Source of the DNA: Psammoneis japonica
Lineage: Eukaryota
DNA length: 64,000 nt
Direction of reading: 5' to 3'
Assembly: GCA_008632985.1 (NCBI GenBank)
Contig: QPGO01000013.1
Span: 248,001 to 312,000 of the forward strand
Below are positions 62,339 through 64,000 of the stretch, piece by piece (the stretch's first letter is position 1; every line of letters starts with the position of its first letter). The translations under genes and the position numbers were made by a program. Under the pieces are notes generated by a model. It searched no databases. It was not told the origin of the DNA and saw only the letters and a list, made by a program, of their open reading frames with translations.

Positions 62339-62610
62339 CGTATTAGCACAGCATTGGAATGTGTTTGTGGGCTTGTGATGTTATTTTTGTGCACACCGCA
62401 TCGGTACGCAAAAGAGCCTTCTTCAAGGCTCTTTGTGGCTATTTTTAGGCTTTGACACCAATAAACAGCCTAAAAGAATCCAGAATCACCCACATGATCG
62501 CCAAGGCCATCCGTCCATCCCCAAATAAACTCCAACCATTCGAATTCGACACATACACCTATTCAAGTACCTGCTTCTGGTTATGCTAGGGCCCCTACAA
62601 TATCATCATC

Positions 62611-63138
62611 ATGACATCGGAGAGGCAGACTGGAACTGTCACAAAGTGGCTCAATCATCGCGGGATTGGATTCATAACTCCCAAGGGAGATGTGTCTGAG
62701 ATTGGCAAGGATATTCTGGTTCACTACTCCAACATTAAACAAGATACCGATGCCGGCACGGATACCTTTAAATCGCTCGCCGTCGGCAGTACCGTTGAAT
62801 ACGATACCATGACGGATCCCAAGAATCCCGACAAGTTGGTTGCCATCAATGTCACGGGAGTCGGTGGTGTCGATTGCGAAAAGCGCCGTATCCACAGGCC
62901 TCCTCGCAACAACGATAGTACCTTTCAGCTGGAGGTGAGCAACATGAGCGACAAGACGTCTTGGAAGAAACTCAAGGACCTCTTTCGTCAGTGTGGCTAC
63001 GTCGAATGGGTCGATGTCAAGGATGGTCGAGGCGTTGTCAGTTACTCCAAGGCCGAAGAAGCTCAAGCCGCTGTGGAGCGTTTTGATGGATACGAACTGG
63101 ATGGTCAAGAAATCAAGGTGGAACAAATGTCTGGTTAA
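62611..63138 (+). CDS. Cold-shock domain plus RRM RNA-binding protein
   Basis: CSD motifs GTVTKW...GIGFITP and ILVHYSNI; RRM with an SR-type SWKKLKDLFR motif. Confidence 0.9.
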   Translation: MTSERQTGTVTKWLNHRGIGFITPKGDVSEIGKDILVHYSNIKQDTDAGTDTFKSLAVGSTVEYDTMTDPKNPDKLVAINVTGVGGVDCEKRRIHRPPRNNDSTFQLEVSNMSDKTSWKKLKDLFRQCGYVEWVDVKDGRGVVSYSKAEEAQAAVERFDGYELDGQEIKVEQMSG

Positions 63139-63629
63139 GAAATGATTTTTGCATGATATGGCTTTTTGGGTTTCCAAACAACATACTCATGTCAGCCTCT
63201 GGCGTGTGTGTGTTGGGGGACTTTAGCCTGTTTGATCCACTCTTTTGTTTGGCCCAACGCCTACATTTTTGCTTCCATCAGGATGATTCTTTTTTGCTGT
63301 TTCTATGTCGTATTTCTAAATCAAGTTTAATGTGCAGTTAACAATTTTTTTCTCTCCGTTTCAACTTCCTCTCCGAATTTTTCATCGTCTTGTGTGTGTC
63401 TTGTAGCTTGTAGTGCTGTGCAGTCTAGAGTGCACCCAGCACGGTGGCCTCTCTACTGTTATCCTCTACTACTAGCTAGAGTAGAAAGAGCTTCTCTAGA
63501 GTCAAAGTTGCGGAGAAAACCAATTGACCTCTCTAGAGCAAGTGGTACTCTACTCTAGGCCCAAGGAGTAAAGGACAACAGCGGCGGCTCGCGGCTCGCT
63601 GACTACTTCTCTATATGATGTGAGCGTGC

Positions 63630-63855
63630 TGGGGGGGTCTTTGGAAGTGGGCAATCGTCGAAGACGGTCTGATCGCCAGTGCGTTTGGGGGTCTTCCCAG
63701 TAAGTACAATTTGTACGCAAAAGAAAACACGTACAGTACAGTACAGTAGGATCTGTCAGCGTTCCAAATACTCCAATCGCACTGATTGACAGACTTTTTC
63801 AGTACAAATTCTACGTAACTTTCTTCGACAATCTCACTTCCAAAGACGTCCCCCA
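63630..63855. mobile_element. MITE of the same family as 16208-16413 (inverted), 4-bp TSD GTGC
   Basis: TGGGGG...CCCCCA termini; GTGC at 63626-63629 and 63856-63859; TA sites intact. Confidence 0.88.
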
Positions 63856-64000
63856 GTGCGTGAAAGCAGACGCGCGTTGTCTGTCAGGCTAGGGCCCTAT
63901 AATTATCCTTCAGCAATGAGGGTTTCGATTTTGGCGGTCACTTCGCTGTATCCGTTGAGGACATTATAATGGTTGAAAATTATATATTCAATGATGGAGT

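Overview
Eukaryotic DNA, most likely from a diatom (inferred from CoDi-type Ty1/copia proteins, short GT-AG introns and the gene families present). Short host-gene islands alternate with three large transposon-rich domains. Host genes: two divergently oriented hybrid histidine-kinase paralogs, a Sir2-family gene, two ubiquitin-like-domain paralogs flanking an SPX-MFS phosphate transporter, a Pro/Thr-rich secreted protein, an ankyrin protein and a CSD+RRM protein. The transposon domains hold two young full-length copia elements, older copia and gypsy relics, MITEs and tandem repeats. Main observation: inside the transposon domains (~820-16,100; ~22,580-33,470; ~35,560-57,490) TpA dinucleotides have been converted to CpA or TpG on both strands, i.e. 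A:T->G:C change at TpA, the reverse direction of fungal RIP. Evidence: (a) LTR-versus-LTR differences within each young copia are almost all at TA; (b) conserved Tyr codons read His in one copy and Cys in the other; (c) a neighbouring Sir2 ORF has no tyrosines; (d) gene islands and the copia 5' LTR/leader are largely spared. This looks like a repeat- or heterochromatin-targeted, RIP-like genome-defence mutator with different chemistry. It could instead be a DNA base modification miscalled by the sequencer; short reads would decide. Most short C/H-rich ORFs in the supplied track are artefacts of lost TAA/TAG stops. All counts were made by eye.
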